A DNA stretch of 64,000 nucleotides from contig JAUYLZ010000033.1 of assembly GCA_030698385.1 (NCBI GenBank), positions 9,905-73,904 of the forward strand, in the 5' to 3' direction. Of the stretch, positions 38,753 to 48,252 are shown one piece after another. How positions within the stretch are numbered: the first letter of the stretch is position 1; each line of letters opens with the position of its first letter. The position numbers and the translations under genes were made by a program. Under the pieces are notes generated by a model. That model did no database searches. It saw only the letters and a program-made list of their open reading frames with translations, and had not been told where the DNA came from. The stretch is from a bacterium. GTDB taxonomy: Bacteria > Patescibacteriota > Patescibacteriia > Patescibacteriales > XYC2-FULL-47-12.

Positions 38753-39202
38753 CTATGATTCATTATTTTTTTCCCCAAAAAAATACTGCCACCACTGCCG
38801 CGGATTTGACAACTCTGCCTTGGGCAATTCTTTATCCAAACCATCAATTACATAAATTGACTTATTTTCTTCATTAGTTCTTTCTGCCAGTTCATCTTTT
38901 ATGACAACGACACTTTCCCCCGGCTTTTTCAAGTCTAAATTAAGCCTGGCTTGTGACTCAATAAAACCTTCACTGCCCAGATAATCGATAATATTTTCAA
39001 GTTCTTTATTTTTTTTGCTCAATTTATCCGACTCTTCTTGCAGCTGTGCTATTTCCTGATTCAGTAAATACCGTTGCTTTACCTTCTTTGCCAATGGATA
39101 ACCAATTAAAATAACCAAAATAAGCCCAATCACTGGGAATAATTTTGATTTGGAAAAAAATGATTTGATTGGATTTTCCTCTCTAACGATGCGTGATCTC
39201 AT
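38753..39202 (-). CDS. Septum formation initiator (FtsB/DivIC-like)
   Basis: TM + coiled coil + ARLNLDLKKPGE; ATG at 39202 preferred. Confidence 0.88.
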   Translation of the reverse strand: MRSRIVREENPIKSFFSKSKLFPVIGLILVILIGYPLAKKVKQRYLLNQEIAQLQEESDKLSKKNKELENIIDYLGSEGFIESQARLNLDLKKPGESVVVIKDELAERTNEENKSIYVIDGLDKELPKAELSNPRQWWQYFFGEKNNES

Positions 39203-39263
39203 GGGTTCATTATACAAAAAAACGGCGGTATTTACCACCTAAGTGTTTTTTACTTATTCTTAG

Positions 39264-39683
39264 CTATTTATTTAAATATTTATCAACAGCCTTATTTACC
39301 AGCAGGTCCGCCGCTTTGTTAAACTCCCGTCTGACATGAAAAAATGTCACTTTTTTAAACTGCTGTGATAAATTGTATATTTTGAAAAATAATGGCGCTA
39401 ATTCCTTATTTTTTACTTTATATTCAAGTTTTAATTGTTTGACAACAAGTTCGGAATCCAAATAAAAAACCAACTCCTCGGCGTCCAGTTTTTTTGCCTC
39501 TTCCATGGCGCGTAAAACAGCTCTGTACTCGGCTTGATTATTCGTCGTCTCACCAATGTATTCAGCAATTTCATTAATCACCTTTTTCTTATCATCAGCG
39601 ATAACCACGCCAATGCCGGCCGGGCCGGGATTACCGCGCGCGCCGCCATCGGTGTGGATGATTAATTTTTTATGTGAAGTCAT
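39264..39683 (-). CDS. rnhA: Ribonuclease HI
   Basis: TDGGARGNPGPAG, TNNQAEY, DSELVV, NKAADLL. Confidence 0.95.
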   Translation of the reverse strand: MTSHKKLIIHTDGGARGNPGPAGIGVVIADDKKKVINEIAEYIGETTNNQAEYRAVLRAMEEAKKLDAEELVFYLDSELVVKQLKLEYKVKNKELAPLFFKIYNLSQQFKKVTFFHVRREFNKAADLLVNKAVDKYLNK

Positions 39684-39700
39684 TGTGTTGTATTAATAAT

Positions 39701-40226
39701 TCAAATCTACAAAATAATGCAAATCTACAAATTTATGCAAATATTGCAAAAAATAATTTATGCAAATTACGCCTTTTTATAGTATAAACCGTTTAGAATC
39801 CTCTTAGGAACTAAACGCGGTTGCCTAAAATTTACTAAAATTCCTAAATGTAAATTTAAAGTTACTAAATATCTCTTTACCTGATAATAATCTTCTTTAG
39901 TTAAGGAATCTCTGGCTTTGAATTCAACTATTATCTTATTTTCAATTATAAAATCTACTATACACCTAACATCTCCTTTCCCATATTGATGGTCGTTGAA
40001 GCGATATTCTCTGATATACTTAAATTTCTTTTGTTGCAATAGCTTTTCAAAATAATCTCCGTATTGTTTTTCGTTACGAAAGCGACCTAAATCCTTATGC
40101 GCCTTAAAGAATAAACCAACTATTTCATAAGATAATTCTTTGTGTATGCATTTATCTTCTGCCATAATATAATTTGCATATGAAATTTTGTAGTATTTGC
40201 ATGTTAATTTGTAGTATTTGCATTAT
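39701..40226 (-). mobile_element. GxxExxY cassette bounded by inverted atgcaaat(a)ctacaaat arms
   Basis: 39714-39733 matches the reverse complement of 40206-40226 with one indel; the unit is repeated in both arms. Confidence 0.7.
39767..40165 (-). CDS. GxxExxY family protein (PD-(D/E)XK-like)
   Basis: LSYEIVG...LGRFRNEKQY, DFIIENKIIVEFKA, LGILVNF. Confidence 0.9.
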   Translation of the reverse strand: MAEDKCIHKELSYEIVGLFFKAHKDLGRFRNEKQYGDYFEKLLQQKKFKYIREYRFNDHQYGKGDVRCIVDFIIENKIIVEFKARDSLTKEDYYQVKRYLVTLNLHLGILVNFRQPRLVPKRILNGLYYKKA

Positions 40227-42003
40227 ATTTTAAATCAATAACTTTCAACTGCACCTCCCGCCGGCCATTCCATTCATTAATATCAAGATAGTAAACTAAA
40301 TCAATAAACTGGCCGATTTTTAAATTCAGCCATTCCGCCGGCGCGCTAAACGCTATGGCGTTAAAAAGTTTTTTGTCCTCTGAGCACAATCTCAGTTTCA
40401 AATGCTGATTGTCGTTGCCCATCGTCTGCATATGCGCGACCAACAACTTTTTGGTTATAAACTTGGGCTGTTGGTTGCCCATGCCAAACGGCCTCAGCTT
40501 CCGCAGAGCGTTGTACAAATCCTCGTCGATATTTTTAAAATCAACTTCCAGATCAATTTCCAGAGTCGGTTCAAGTTCCGTGTTTTTCAATTTTTTCGCG
40601 GCGATTTTTTGGCATTTTTTCAAAAAAGGCAAAAGAGAATCTTTGTCCTTGACCGTAAAACCGCAGGCTTGTTTGTGTCCGCCGTAGGTTGATAAAAATT
40701 CAGCGCACTCCTCAAGCATTGCCGTAATGTCAAACTCCGGGATGCTCCGGCCGGAACCGGTCGCTTCCCCGTCTTTATCAGTAATCGCCAAAGATGGCCG
40801 GTAGTACTTTTCGGTTAGTTTGCCAGCCACAAGCCCCATCACGCCAGCCGACCACGGAGCCGTTTGATCAGTTTCTTTTTCCTGAAGACGGACAAGCGCT
40901 TGTCCGTTTTCTTTCGCGCTAACACTTAATAACTTTGGCCAAACGGCGAATAAAATTTTGTCCTCTTGCTTTATTTCCGCATCCGCCTGTTCAAAAATAT
41001 CCAGCGTAATCTCCTGGCGTTCTTTGTTTTTGCCGTCCAGTTCTTTGGCTACTTTTACAGCTTCAGCTTTATCCTCGGTAACCAAGAGTTGGTAGGCGTT
41101 ATTAGCGTGATCCAACCGGCCCATAGCATTTATTCTTGGCGCCAGCTGAAACCCAACCTGCCAAGTATCAATTTCTTTGCTATTGCCGTTTTTGTCAGTA
41201 TCGGACTGTGAAACTTTGATTAATTGTTTGAGGCCAACGCGCTGTGTTTTATTTAAAACAACCAAGCCGTATTTTACCAAAACGCGGTTCTCGTCAAGCA
41301 GTGGCATCAGATCGGCAATAGTGCCAATGGCGACTAAATCCAATAGCCATTTTTCAAAAACCTCGGCTGCTTTTTTCTGGCTTTTTTTTAATAATGCTTG
41401 CGCGAGCTTAAACGCCACGCCGCAACCGGCCAAACCGTCAAAAGGATAGGTCTCACCCGGCACCTTTGGATTGATAATGAGGCAATCGGGTAGCTCATCA
41501 GGGGCTTCATGGTGATCGGTAACGATGATATCTGTGCCTAAATTTTTACCGAAATTAATCTCGCCGACGCTGCGGATTCCCGTGTCAACGGTAATGACCA
41601 GTTTAGTTCCATTTTCAGCTAAGTATTTTAGCGCTTCATTATTGAGGCCGTATCCTTCGCTTTTGCGGTCCGGAATATACACGCTGATTAAATTTTTGCC
41701 AGGCTGCAAAAATTCCAATGTCTTGAAAAGCAGCGCGGTGGAGGTAACGCCGTCAGCGTCATAGTCGCCATAGACGGTGATTTTTTCATTTTGTTCAATA
41801 GCCTTAAAAATCCTCTCAACCACTGCTGGCATGTTTTTGAAAAGAAATGGATCGTGCAACCGCTCGGTATAGTTCGGGTTTAAAAAATTATTCACCTGAT
41901 CAGGCGTAACGCCGCGCCGGCTCAACAACCGCAAAACCACCGGATTTATATCTTTTACATCTAAAATTAAAATTTTTTTATTTTCAACCAACCGCCACTT
42001 CAT
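40204..42003 (-). CDS. recJ: Single-stranded-DNA exonuclease RecJ
   Basis: YGDYDADG, TDHH, PRINAMGRL, GGH. Confidence 0.97.
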   Translation of the reverse strand: MKWRLVENKKILILDVKDINPVVLRLLSRRGVTPDQVNNFLNPNYTERLHDPFLFKNMPAVVERIFKAIEQNEKITVYGDYDADGVTSTALLFKTLEFLQPGKNLISVYIPDRKSEGYGLNNEALKYLAENGTKLVITVDTGIRSVGEINFGKNLGTDIIVTDHHEAPDELPDCLIINPKVPGETYPFDGLAGCGVAFKLAQALLKKSQKKAAEVFEKWLLDLVAIGTIADLMPLLDENRVLVKYGLVVLNKTQRVGLKQLIKVSQSDTDKNGNSKEIDTWQVGFQLAPRINAMGRLDHANNAYQLLVTEDKAEAVKVAKELDGKNKERQEITLDIFEQADAEIKQEDKILFAVWPKLLSVSAKENGQALVRLQEKETDQTAPWSAGVMGLVAGKLTEKYYRPSLAITDKDGEATGSGRSIPEFDITAMLEECAEFLSTYGGHKQACGFTVKDKDSLLPFLKKCQKIAAKKLKNTELEPTLEIDLEVDFKNIDEDLYNALRKLRPFGMGNQQPKFITKKLLVAHMQTMGNDNQHLKLRLCSEDKKLFNAIAFSAPAEWLNLKIGQFIDLVYYLDINEWNGRREVQLKVIDLKYNANTTN

Positions 42004-42007
42004 ATAC

Positions 42008-42036
42008 TTGACTTTTTTAATTAATAATGATAATAT
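42008..42036 (+). promoter_or_regulatory. Sigma70-type promoter
   Basis: TTGACT-17 bp-TAATAT with extended TG; SD aaaggag before ATG 42080. Confidence 0.6.
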
Positions 42037-42079
42037 ATCACTAGTTTTTTAACAATTTGAAATATAATAAAAAGGAGAA

Positions 42080-42511
42080 ATGCTCATGATCTTTGCCTTG
42101 GTAGTTTCTATAATAGTTTCTACAATATTAATTTTCCTTATCATTCTTACACTTCTTCGTGGAAAGACAATGGAAAATAGCGAACTATGTTTTATTTTTA
42201 TTCTTTTTATGATGTTTTTGACTATGTCTCATGTGTGCTGGGTAAAATATTTTCAAGGGATACCCAGCGACGAGCGACAATTATTCTCTTCACAGGTATA
42301 CACGGTTTTGTGGATCTGTCAGCCGGATCCAAGTGAACAATTATATATTGTTAAACTGGATGATAATCGAGTTTATCAATTCTCCAAACTGCCATCCTCA
42401 CGGGTATTTCGTTATGACCGTGGTAAAGAAAATCCCTTCATAACATTGCCCAATGATGATCTGATAATTGCGCCCGCCCTGATACCATCAGCAACTGGCG
42501 CAAGTGAATAA
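42080..42511 (+). CDS. Hypothetical membrane protein
   Basis: Own promoter, SD and terminator; 2 TM segments. Confidence 0.65.
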   Translation: MLMIFALVVSIIVSTILIFLIILTLLRGKTMENSELCFIFILFMMFLTMSHVCWVKYFQGIPSDERQLFSSQVYTVLWICQPDPSEQLYIVKLDDNRVYQFSKLPSSRVFRYDRGKENPFITLPNDDLIIAPALIPSATGASE

Positions 42512-42535
42512 AAATTATCTGCCAAAATTTAGCTT

Positions 42536-42567
42536 AAAGCCCTCTGCAAATTTAATGAGGGCTTTTT
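42536..42567. terminator. Intrinsic terminator
   Basis: aaagccctc/gagggcttttt. Confidence 0.75.
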
Positions 42568-42571
42568 ATTT

Positions 42572-42673
42572 TTAATACAATAACATTGGCAAAACGGTAA
42601 AAGCAAGCATTGCCAAAATCATAATAATCATAACCGCACGAGTTATTATTTTTTTAATAGTTTTCTTCTTCAT
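42572..42673 (-). CDS. Small single-TM protein, 33 aa (DUF4044-like)
   Basis: MKKKTIKKIITRAVMIIMILAMLAFTVLPMLLY*, preceded by AGGA. Confidence 0.6.
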   Translation of the reverse strand: MKKKTIKKIITRAVMIIMILAMLAFTVLPMLLY

Positions 42674-42674
42674 A

Positions 42675-42894
42675 TAATCCTACTAATTACGAATTAACTA
42701 CAAATTTACCAATCGCTTCTACTGAAGCTTTGATAAATTTACTAAACGCATAAATTTTACTCCATTAGATCTAATTATATATGGCGCTTGTCTTTTAAAT
42801 ATTAATTCTTTTATTTTAAAATTATTAGCGACAGCTCTTTCGTAATATTTCTCTTGGAATTATTAGTATATTCTAAATAATTAGTAATTAGTAG
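42675..42894 (-). pseudogene. Internally deleted copy of the GxxExxY cassette at 47760-48252
   Basis: Three collinear blocks (91, 92, 35 nt) with 8 substitutions; both arms retained. Confidence 0.92.
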
Positions 42895-42910
42895 GAGTTA
42901 GAGTATCAGG

Positions 42911-44695
42911 CTATCGTTTAAGTACGCTTAAGAAGGCCTCGGGAGGAATCTCCACGCCGCCCTTGCCCAAAGAGGCCATCTTCTTTTTGCCTTTCTTTTG
43001 TTTTTCCAATAACTTACGCTTGCGCGAAACATCGCCGCCGTAAAGTTTGGCGGTAACGTCTTTGCGCAAAGCCGAAATACGTTCCGCCGCGATGATTGAC
43101 CCGCCGATAGCGGCCTGGATTTTGAGCATGAACTGCTGGCGCGGCAAGGTATTTTTCAATGAATTAACAATTTCTTTGCCGCGCTTTTGCGCTTCGTCTT
43201 TGTAAACAATTGTGGACAGCGCCTCAACCGCTTCTTCAGCGACTAAAATATCCATCCGCACAACTTCGGCCGCGCGATAATCCAGATACTCATAATTAAT
43301 CGAGGCGTAACCGCTAGTCGCGCTTTTTATTTTATCGTAAAAATCAGTTAAAATTGTAGACATTGGCATTTCGTAATGCAGAACTGCCCGGTCATCATCA
43401 ATATATTCGGTCGTTCTATAAATGCCTCTTTTTTCTTGGACTAAATTCATAATTGAACCCATGTAGATCTTTGGCGTTATCACATCAAGCGTTACCCACG
43501 GCTCCTTAATCTCGGCAATCTGCGATGGATCAGGCAGGTCATAAGCCGAACGAATAATGGAATCTTTGCCGTCAGTTTTTTTTAACTGATAAGCAACCGA
43601 AGGAGTGGTTACAATTAATTCAAGATCAAATTCTCGGTGCAGACGCTCCTGAAAAATTTCCAAATGCAAAAGCCCCAAAAAACCGCAACGAAAGCCAAAA
43701 CCAAGCGCTTGCGACTGCTCGGGCTCATATATCAAAGCTGAATCAGTCAATTTCAGCTTGCCAATCGCCTCGCGCAGATCATCATACTCATTCCCTTCTT
43801 TGGCAAAAACTCCGGCAAAAACCATTGGCTTCACTACCTTGTAACCGGGCAGAGCTTTTACTTCTCCGGCCGCGGAAGTTTTCTTGGTAATAGTGTCGCC
43901 AACCTTGCACTCCTCAACCGACTTGAGTCCAGTAACGATATAGCCGATTTCTCCGGTGTCTAAACTTCCGGTCGAAAAATAGTCCGGCTTGAAAAATCCG
44001 ACATCCAAAGCCTCGCTTTCAGCCTCCGTTTCAATTAACTTTATTTTATCGCCTTTTTTGATACTGCCATCAACAACGCGCGCATAAGCAACAACCCCTT
44101 TGTACTCATCATAAACCGAATCAAAAATCATGGCGCGCAAGTTATTTTCTTTTTCCCCTCTCGGCGGCTGGACGCGATCAATGACTGCCTGCAAAATTTG
44201 TTCCACTCCCGCTCCGGTTTTTCCGGAGGCTTCAATAACGTCTTCAGCTTTGCAGCCGATCAACTTCACGATACTTGCTTTGGTGCCGCTGACATCTGCC
44301 GCTGGCAGATCAATTTTGTTCACCACCGGAATTATTTCCAAATTCTGTTCAAGCGCCAAATATAAGTTTGCCAAAGTCTGCGCCTGAATGCCTTGCGTTG
44401 AGTCAACTAACAAAATCGCCCCTTCAACAGCGGCGAGCGAACGTGATACTTCATAGGAAAAATCAACATGTCCGGGCGTGTCAATTAAATTCAAATGATA
44501 ACCCAAATAATTCATATTTACCGGCGCGAGCTTAATCGTAATGCCCCGCTCCCGTTCCAGCTCCATTTTGTCCAAAAATTGAGCTTTCATATTTCGTTTG
44601 TCAACGGTGTGGGTAATTTCAAGCATGCGGTCAGCGAGCGTTGACTTACCGTGGTCGATATGAGCGATAATACAGAAATTACGAATGTTGTTCAT
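42911..44695 (-). CDS. lepA: Elongation factor 4
   Basis: IIAHIDHGKSTLADR, FRCGFLGLLH, LYGGDVSRKRKLLEKQK. Confidence 0.98.
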   Translation of the reverse strand: MNNIRNFCIIAHIDHGKSTLADRMLEITHTVDKRNMKAQFLDKMELERERGITIKLAPVNMNYLGYHLNLIDTPGHVDFSYEVSRSLAAVEGAILLVDSTQGIQAQTLANLYLALEQNLEIIPVVNKIDLPAADVSGTKASIVKLIGCKAEDVIEASGKTGAGVEQILQAVIDRVQPPRGEKENNLRAMIFDSVYDEYKGVVAYARVVDGSIKKGDKIKLIETEAESEALDVGFFKPDYFSTGSLDTGEIGYIVTGLKSVEECKVGDTITKKTSAAGEVKALPGYKVVKPMVFAGVFAKEGNEYDDLREAIGKLKLTDSALIYEPEQSQALGFGFRCGFLGLLHLEIFQERLHREFDLELIVTTPSVAYQLKKTDGKDSIIRSAYDLPDPSQIAEIKEPWVTLDVITPKIYMGSIMNLVQEKRGIYRTTEYIDDDRAVLHYEMPMSTILTDFYDKIKSATSGYASINYEYLDYRAAEVVRMDILVAEEAVEALSTIVYKDEAQKRGKEIVNSLKNTLPRQQFMLKIQAAIGGSIIAAERISALRKDVTAKLYGGDVSRKRKLLEKQKKGKKKMASLGKGGVEIPPEAFLSVLKR

Positions 44696-44863
44696 AACGG
44701 TAAAACACTAAAAAATAAAATTTAAATCAGTACCAAAACAATTCCGCTGTCAGCGGTACTTGCGCCAACAGCGGGGAAAGAGAGAATATAAATAATAATT
44801 ACTTTAACGCTTCCCAAATTCGATCTTCATCAAAACCCCACTCCAACATCTTCTTGAATATTT

Positions 44864-45169
44864 TTATATTAATGAATTGTCGTTGCACAAATGCGCCGGA
44901 ATGCCAAAGTAAGTAAAAACGGCATCGCGGATAGATGCAGACATTTCTTTCACGCTAGCTCCGCCGGTAATCACGCCGTCAAGATTGACCGATTCCGCCG
45001 TCCAAGAGCCATCCGGATACTGCTCAATTTTAAATTCAATGCGACCGCCTAATGTTTGAATTGCTTTCTTCATTGACTGAACGCGCGGGTCGGCATCCTC
45101 GTTAAAATGATAACCCCAGCGTCGCAACATCGCGGCGGTTAGGTAAATTGTTTTATTTAAAATACTCAT
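44864..45169 (-). CDS. HicB-like antitoxin-fold protein (possibly truncated)
   Basis: FKIEQYPDGSWTAE...GVITGGASVKEMSASIRDAV resembles the HicB N-terminal fold. Confidence 0.55.
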   Translation of the reverse strand: MSILNKTIYLTAAMLRRWGYHFNEDADPRVQSMKKAIQTLGGRIEFKIEQYPDGSWTAESVNLDGVITGGASVKEMSASIRDAVFTYFGIPAHLCNDNSLI

Positions 45170-45304
45170 GCTTATATCTTAAAAAATTTAAGCGGAATTG
45201 TCAAATTTTAACCTATTTTAACCTATTTCTAAAAAACAAAAACGAGGCCATGCCGACCCCGCTTTTTTATAAACATATCCGCCAAATTAATTTTCCCTAA
45301 AAAA

Positions 45305-45604
45305 TTACTTATGAATAAGCTGAATTATGTGCAGTGATATAATTGAAAAGCCAAATGCCACGCGAATCGCGCGCAACGCCTGCTTGCGCCAGCGGTCTTC
45401 TTTATTAATCTCAATTTTGGTAATACCTTCCACCACCAAAAAAAACGCGGCGGCAAAAGCAAAAACATCAATCGTTACCGGATCAAGGTAACTGCATCTG
45501 GCGGCCAGCTTACCTTGGCCGAATAATTGAACGCTGACTGCTCCGCCAATGGCCAGCGCTGAAATAGAAACGGTTAAAATTCTGGCGATATTGATATTTT
45601 TCAT
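45305..45604 (-). CDS. Hypothetical membrane protein
   Basis: 99 aa, 3 TM segments. Confidence 0.7.
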   Translation of the reverse strand: MKNINIARILTVSISALAIGGAVSVQLFGQGKLAARCSYLDPVTIDVFAFAAAFFLVVEGITKIEINKEDRWRKQALRAIRVAFGFSIISLHIIQLIHK

Positions 45605-45639
45605 ATTTTTTAAAATATAAGTATTTTTTTTAAAAAAAA

Positions 45640-46029
45640 TTATTTACTAAAATCCAAAGCGCCGGAATTGATGCAATACCTCTGTCCGGTCGGTTTTGGC
45701 CCGTCCGGAAAAACGTGGCCCAAATGTCCGCCGCAACGCGCACACGTCACCTCCATGCGCGTCATGCCGCCCGAGGCGTCTTCACGCAACTCAACGGCGC
45801 CAGAGTGCGCCACTTCGTAAAAACTAGGCCAGCCGGTGCCACTGTCAAATTTGGCGTTGGAAGAAAACAGTTCGGCGCCGCAACCGGCGCAGACATATCT
45901 GCCTTTATCGTGATTATCATGGTACTTGCCGGTAAAAGCCGCTTCCGTCCCCTCTTCGCGCAAAATTTTATATTGCTCCGGCGTTAATTTTTTTTTCCAC
46001 TCTTGGTTAGTTTTATTTATCGTAATCAT
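45640..46029 (-). CDS. msrB: Peptide-methionine (R)-S-oxide reductase
   Basis: [27 protein letters not shown]. Confidence 0.97.
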   Translation of the reverse strand: MITINKTNQEWKKKLTPEQYKILREEGTEAAFTGKYHDNHDKGRYVCAGCGAELFSSNAKFDSGTGWPSFYEVAHSGAVELREDASGGMTRMEVTCARCGGHLGHVFPDGPKPTGQRYCINSGALDFSK

Positions 46030-46087
46030 GTTAATTTTTACTTCTTAACTTAAAAACTTCGTACTTCATACTTCTTACTTCTTACTT

Positions 46088-47758
46088 CTAAATTCCTCTC
46101 GCTTCGCTGACATCGTCTGTTTCAATTTTTTCACGCTTAAACTTTGAACGAATGCTACGGATGAAATTCAATAATTCTTCAGACTTTAACAGCCAGCAAA
46201 CTATTATAAAAATTATTATGCCAAAACTACCGGCTAAAAATCCTTGCGTCAACACACCCCAGAACTTCGTCATATTAACCAATGGTTCAATTAAAAACTT
46301 AACCGCTTGAATGCTAATGCCGGCGGCAATGCTGGCCAAAGAAATTTTTAATGTTGACATCAGAATGCGCACTTCATCAAGATTGCCAAACTCTGCCTTG
46401 AGCAATATCCACAACAAAGCGAAATTTATAATCATACTGATAGAAAATGCCAGCGCCAAACCGGCAACGCCCAGAGGCTGACAGATATTTGCCGCTCCGC
46501 AAGCTATGATGCTTGGTAAATACAAACTTAAACCCAAATTAACCACTACCGCGAATAGCCCGACATAAAAAGGCGTTTTGCTGTTTTTTTGCACATAAAA
46601 CATACGAACAAGCAATGGAATAATTGCCTGCGCGAACAGACTTAAGCAAAAATAAGTCAAGGTATTAATTGTCAAAATCGTATCCTGCCAGTCAAACGCG
46701 CCCGCGCCAAGAATGACACGAATGATTTGCGCGCGCAAAGTCAGTATCAAAACCGTAGCTGGTAAAATGAAAAAAATGATTTGACGCAATACTTTGGAAA
46801 AATTCTTAATCAGCACGCCCCGGTCATCAGCCAAAGCCGACAAAGTTGGAAAAGCGGCAATCGCGAACGAGATGCCGAAGATGCCGACCGGAAATGATTG
46901 TAAATTATTAGCGAAATTAAATACTGCCAAACTGCCGGCCGCCAGTGTTGAAGCAATTATAGTTATCACAACTAAATTAACCTGCATCACCGCCAGACTC
47001 AACGTGCGCGGAACCATCATTATGGCAATCTGACGAATATACTTATTGCGCCAATTAAAAACCGGCTGCCAGCGCCAGCCCAATGAAAAAACGGTCGGCA
47101 CTTGAATCAGTAAATGCATCAGCGCGCCAAAAACAACTCCGTAAGCCAAACCATACACTCCCCAAATCGGCGTAAAGTATAGAGCGCCAATGATAATCCC
47201 TATGTTGTAAATAATCGGCGCCAGCGAATACACGAAGAATCGCTTAAAAGACTGCAACACTCCGCCAAAGACCGAACTTAAGCCCAGAAACAGCGGCGAC
47301 AAAAACATTATCCGAGTCAGGTTCACGGTGATCAATTGAGCATCAGCGTCAAACCCCGGCGCCAACAATTTCGTAAGTGGTTCGGCAAATATTACCAAAA
47401 CCAGTGACGTAACAATTAATAAACTGCCAAGAATGTTTAAAGCAATGTTGGCCACTAGCCAGGCTTCGTTATTTTCTTTGTCAGTAATTTTTTTAATTAT
47501 TGACCGGTGATTAATCAAAGCCGCAAAAACCGGAATGAATCCGGCTGAAAGCGCGCCCAATACCAAAAGATTATAAATAAGATCCGGAACGCGAAAGGCC
47601 GCGTAGTACATATCAAGAGTCGAACCGGCGCCGAATTCGGAGGCCAAAATTCTATCGCGAAATATACCTAAAAAACGGCTGGCTAGCGATGCCGCCGCGA
47701 CAATAACCGCCGCAACCGTTATAGAGTTTATTTTTGAAGTAAATAACTTGCTTATCAT
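46088..47758 (-). CDS. murJ: Lipid II flippase
   Basis: SRFLGIFRD, AAFRVPD, SAGFIPVF; many TM segments. Confidence 0.96.
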   Translation of the reverse strand: MISKLFTSKINSITVAAVIVAAASLASRFLGIFRDRILASEFGAGSTLDMYYAAFRVPDLIYNLLVLGALSAGFIPVFAALINHRSIIKKITDKENNEAWLVANIALNILGSLLIVTSLVLVIFAEPLTKLLAPGFDADAQLITVNLTRIMFLSPLFLGLSSVFGGVLQSFKRFFVYSLAPIIYNIGIIIGALYFTPIWGVYGLAYGVVFGALMHLLIQVPTVFSLGWRWQPVFNWRNKYIRQIAIMMVPRTLSLAVMQVNLVVITIIASTLAAGSLAVFNFANNLQSFPVGIFGISFAIAAFPTLSALADDRGVLIKNFSKVLRQIIFFILPATVLILTLRAQIIRVILGAGAFDWQDTILTINTLTYFCLSLFAQAIIPLLVRMFYVQKNSKTPFYVGLFAVVVNLGLSLYLPSIIACGAANICQPLGVAGLALAFSISMIINFALLWILLKAEFGNLDEVRILMSTLKISLASIAAGISIQAVKFLIEPLVNMTKFWGVLTQGFLAGSFGIIIFIIVCWLLKSEELLNFIRSIRSKFKREKIETDDVSEARGI

Positions 47759-47759
47759 C

Positions 47760-48252
47760 TAATCCTACTAATTACGAATTAACTACAAATTTACCAATCG
47801 CTTCTACAGAAACTTTGATAAATTTACTAAACGCATAAATTTTACTCCATGTGGCGTAAAGTTTGCTAAAATAGCAAGCTTTAAATTAGTGGCCTTAAGA
47901 TACGCATTTACCTGATCTATGTTTTGCTTATTGAAGTAATTACCTTTTTTTAGTTCAAGTATCACCTTGCCGGCAACCAAAAAATCAAGATAATACCTGC
48001 CAATAATTTTACCATTAGATCTGATTATGTATGGTACTTGTCTTTTAAATATTAATTCTTTTACTTTAAAATTATTAGCGACAGCTCTTTCGTAATATTT
48101 CTCTTGGTATCCATATCCCAATTCGTTAAAGACAGAATATAATACGCCAACAATTTTATAACTCAAATCTGGATAGACCAAATCCTCCCTAATAACTCGA
48201 CGAGAATACATAGATAGTTATTAGTATATTCGAAATAATTAGTAATTAGTAG
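47760..48252 (-). mobile_element. GxxExxY cassette with imperfect terminal inverted arms
   Basis: ctactaattacgaatta vs taattagtaattagtag (16/17); a deleted copy lies at 42675-42894. Confidence 0.8.
47804..48211 (-). CDS. GxxExxY family protein (PD-(D/E)XK-like)
   Basis: LSYKIVG...LGYGYQEKYY, LDFLVAGKVILELK, LAILANF. Confidence 0.93.
   Translation of the reverse strand: MYSRRVIREDLVYPDLSYKIVGVLYSVFNELGYGYQEKYYERAVANNFKVKELIFKRQVPYIIRSNGKIIGRYYLDFLVAGKVILELKKGNYFNKQNIDQVNAYLKATNLKLAILANFTPHGVKFMRLVNLSKFL

Noticed and set aside
39701-40226. Short repeated units as a CRISPR array
   Set aside because: No constant 25-45 bp repeats with unique spacers; no cas genes
42675-48252. Repeat pair as a DGR template/variable region, with the four-helix protein as Avd
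   Set aside because: Substitutions are not adenine-specific on either strand, large deletions are present, and no reverse transcriptase lies in the window
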